Both the position numbers and the translations under genes were made by a program. From Leucoraja erinacea (lineage: Eukaryota), in NCBI RefSeq assembly GCF_028641065.1, contig NC_073397.1, forward strand, positions 13,082,001-13,146,000: DNA of 64,000 nucleotides, read 5' to 3'. Numbering within the stretch: position 1 is the first letter of the stretch; every line of letters begins with the position of its first letter. Below, piece after piece: positions 63,228-64,000 of this stretch. The notes beneath the pieces were generated by a model, which was given only the letters and a program-made list of their open reading frames with translations, searched no databases and had not been told where the DNA came from.

Positions 63228-63423
63228 TCTTCTTCTTTCATGTCCATCTTCCATGTTTCAAATGTTGACCTCGCTATCATCGTCCGTCTTGAAAAGGATG
63301 CAAGCTTCCGGCGACAATCAGTAGGAGGCATCACTTGGTGCAATAAATGATGGTGGTAGCAGAATTAGCTCAGGATACTTCCAGTTTCCAGCCCTGCGAT
63401 GTGGATGCTTCTGCTATGGGGCT
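63228..63423 (-). mobile_element. ~200-nt non-autonomous retroelement with 5' HDV-like ribozyme and (AAG)n tail (copy 2)
   Basis: Reverse complement is collinear with 10912-11110. TSD TGGGAATTTTGG (63216-63227) / TGGGCATTTTGG (63423-63434). Confidence 0.9.
63357..63423 (-). ncRNA. HDV-like ribozyme, CpG-decayed copy
   Basis: AGCCCC A TAGCAGAA GCA TCCACAT CGC AGGGCT GG AAA CTGGAAGTATCCTGAG CTAA TTCTGCTA. P2, P1.1 and J4/2 are intact; P1 and P3 mismatches fall at CpG sites. Confidence 0.75.
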
Positions 63424-64000
63424 GGGCATTTTGGTTACCATGCTACTTAATGGTAGCCACCATAGGCCAGCAAACATCAGGGTGAGGATAAAGGAATGTC
63501 ATGTTAGTTTGGACGGCCTCAAAAGGGAGTAATCAGAATTGTGTTGGAATTGGCAAATCTTAACTGGTGACAAAATAGGGTTAAAGGTTTCAAAAGTAGA
63601 AATGTTGGGCTGATATGGAGTAGATATGTTGGGCAATGTTAAGCAATGATGCTGACAGTATGGATAAGGAACTGCTGGTGATGTTATCACTAAGCACATC
63701 ACTGACTTATTCTTTAGGTAAATATATGCACTTCTGTCAACTGTTTCTTGATATCGACCCAGATCTCATCCTAATTTTCTGCTTGCAAACTTACATCAAT
63801 TACAGCAAGAATACTTAAAATAATACCAATTGTGAGAGCGCGCAACGTTTTGGTGGAACAGATTACTTGTCCTTTGTAGAAGCTGCCCAATTTTCACTCC
63901 ATTGATTTTTACGGAATAATAATGATAGAATCTATAACGAACTTTGCATTGCGTGACTAATTTAACAAATGCAAGAGAGAGTCAAATATAAGATTGTCCT

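Noticed and set aside
1-64000. Prokaryotic or viral system, or a named host protein-coding gene
   Set aside because: No long ORFs, operon structure or recognisable host exons. Content is typical vertebrate repeat-rich non-coding DNA.

Overview
Vertebrate genomic DNA, AT-rich and dense in repeats. The repeat complement points to a cartilaginous fish, probably a skate or ray (inference): HE1/V-SINE-type tRNA-derived SINEs, HER1/CR1 LINE 3' fragments, Rex1/Babar fragments, SacSINE1/DeuSINE-like relics and Penelope-like elements. No host protein-coding gene is recognisable. The window looks like a large intron or gene desert, with repeat-free islands resembling conserved non-coding elements, a promoter-like island near 3.4-3.8 kb and a few unproven candidate exons. 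Most ORF-track entries are repeat translations or noise. The main discovery is two separate ribozyme-bearing retroelement systems. (1) A ~200-nt non-autonomous element occurs twice (10912-11110 +, 63228-63423 -). Each copy has an ~12-bp target-site duplication (TSD) and an (AAG)n tail. Its first 67 nt fold as a complete HDV-like double-pseudoknot ribozyme that begins at the element's 5' end and closely resembles the mammalian CPEB3 ribozyme core. (2) An abundant Penelope-linked short repeat carries a minimal type-I hammerhead motif, often in fold-back arrangement, and one copy is physically attached to a GIY-YIG endonuclease remnant. Also present: a non-autonomous Helitron, PIF/Harbinger-type MITEs, a solo LTR, multi-level nested insertions and a 164-nt assembly gap. 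Boundaries of degenerate repeats are approximate.
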